A DNA stretch of 64,000 nucleotides from Mytilus californianus (Eukaryota), in the NCBI RefSeq assembly GCF_021869535.1, contig NW_026262690.1, positions 80,476,001 to 80,540,000 on the forward strand, written 5' to 3'. Under the pieces are notes generated by a model, which did no database searches, was not told the DNA's origin, and saw nothing but the letters and a program-made list of their open reading frames with translations. Of the stretch, positions 63,371 through 64,000 are shown one piece after another; within the stretch, counting starts at the first letter, position 1, and each line of letters opens with the position of its first letter. Both the position numbers and the translations under genes were made by a program.

Positions 63371-64000
63371 TTTTGTCTCGCCTGTGACGAAAGTCGAAGA
63401 AATCGAGACATAGTGATTGCTTCTCCGGCGACGACGACGGCGTCAACAATTGGTAAGTTTTCTGCTTAAGTTAGTTTGATAGGAACTACTTGTGATAGAT
63501 CATTGATATTTAATATAAAGTTGCATTACTATCCGTACATATCAGTTTGACGACTATTTTGAGGCCTTGTCCCCTAGGTCATGGTTCAGCGACTTTGAAT
63601 TAATTAGCAATTTTCAATGTTAAGTTTTCTGCTTAAGTAAGTTTGATAGAAAATGCTTGTGATAGATCCTTGATAATTCGTATGAAGTCGAATACATATC
63701 AGTTTGATGACTACATTGATGTCTTCCCTCCTAGGACTTGGTCCAGTGACTTTGAAATAATTATCAATTTTCGATGTTAAGTTTTCTGCTAAAGTTAGAT
63801 TGATAGGATCTACTTTTGATAGATCAATGACATCCTGTATGAAGTAGCATTACTATCAGTTCATATTAGTTTGACGACTATTTGGAAGCCCTGCTCCCTA
63901 GGTTATGGTCCAGCCACTTTCAATTAATAAGCAATTTTTAATGTTAAGTTTTCTTCTTAAGTCAGTTTGATAAGAACTACTTGTGATAGATGAATGATAT
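63371..64000 (-). mobile_element. HINE-like element, family F, with a ~160-166-bp array running off the window
   Basis: ttttgtctcg..gac-gaaa-gtc..cgagaca hairpin, then a GAC microsatellite at ~63430. aagttttctgc(t)aagt recurs at ~63455, 63621, 63780 and 63946. Confidence 0.75.

Overview
AT-rich eukaryotic genomic DNA. The gene structures and repeat families point to a bivalve, most likely a Mytilus-type mussel; this is inferred, not database-confirmed. Four spliced genes can be reconstructed by hand from GT-AG junctions with consistent reading phase. (1) The first three exons of a kinesin-3 gene of STARD9/KIF16 type (minus strand, ATG 7700), which continues off the left edge. (2) A complete 9-exon synaptotagmin-14/16-like gene (minus, 49232 to 17577, 502 aa) with a candidate alternative first exon lacking the transmembrane helix. 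(3) OPA3 (plus, 49625-55285, 164 aa), head-to-head with the synaptotagmin gene and followed by a decayed tandem copy of its 3' end. (4) A secreted globular-head C1q-domain gene (plus, 60418-61985, 180 aa). Introns and intergenic DNA hold many Helentron/HINE-like elements with internal tandem arrays (two with higher-order repeats), MITEs with TTA, TTAA or 8-bp target duplications, tRNA-derived SINEs and Penelope-like remnants. Two different minimal type I hammerhead ribozyme motifs are present. No CRISPR array, rRNA or intact tRNA gene was found, and most ORFs in the supplied track are repeat-derived or chance. All coordinates were read by eye; repeat boundaries are approximate.
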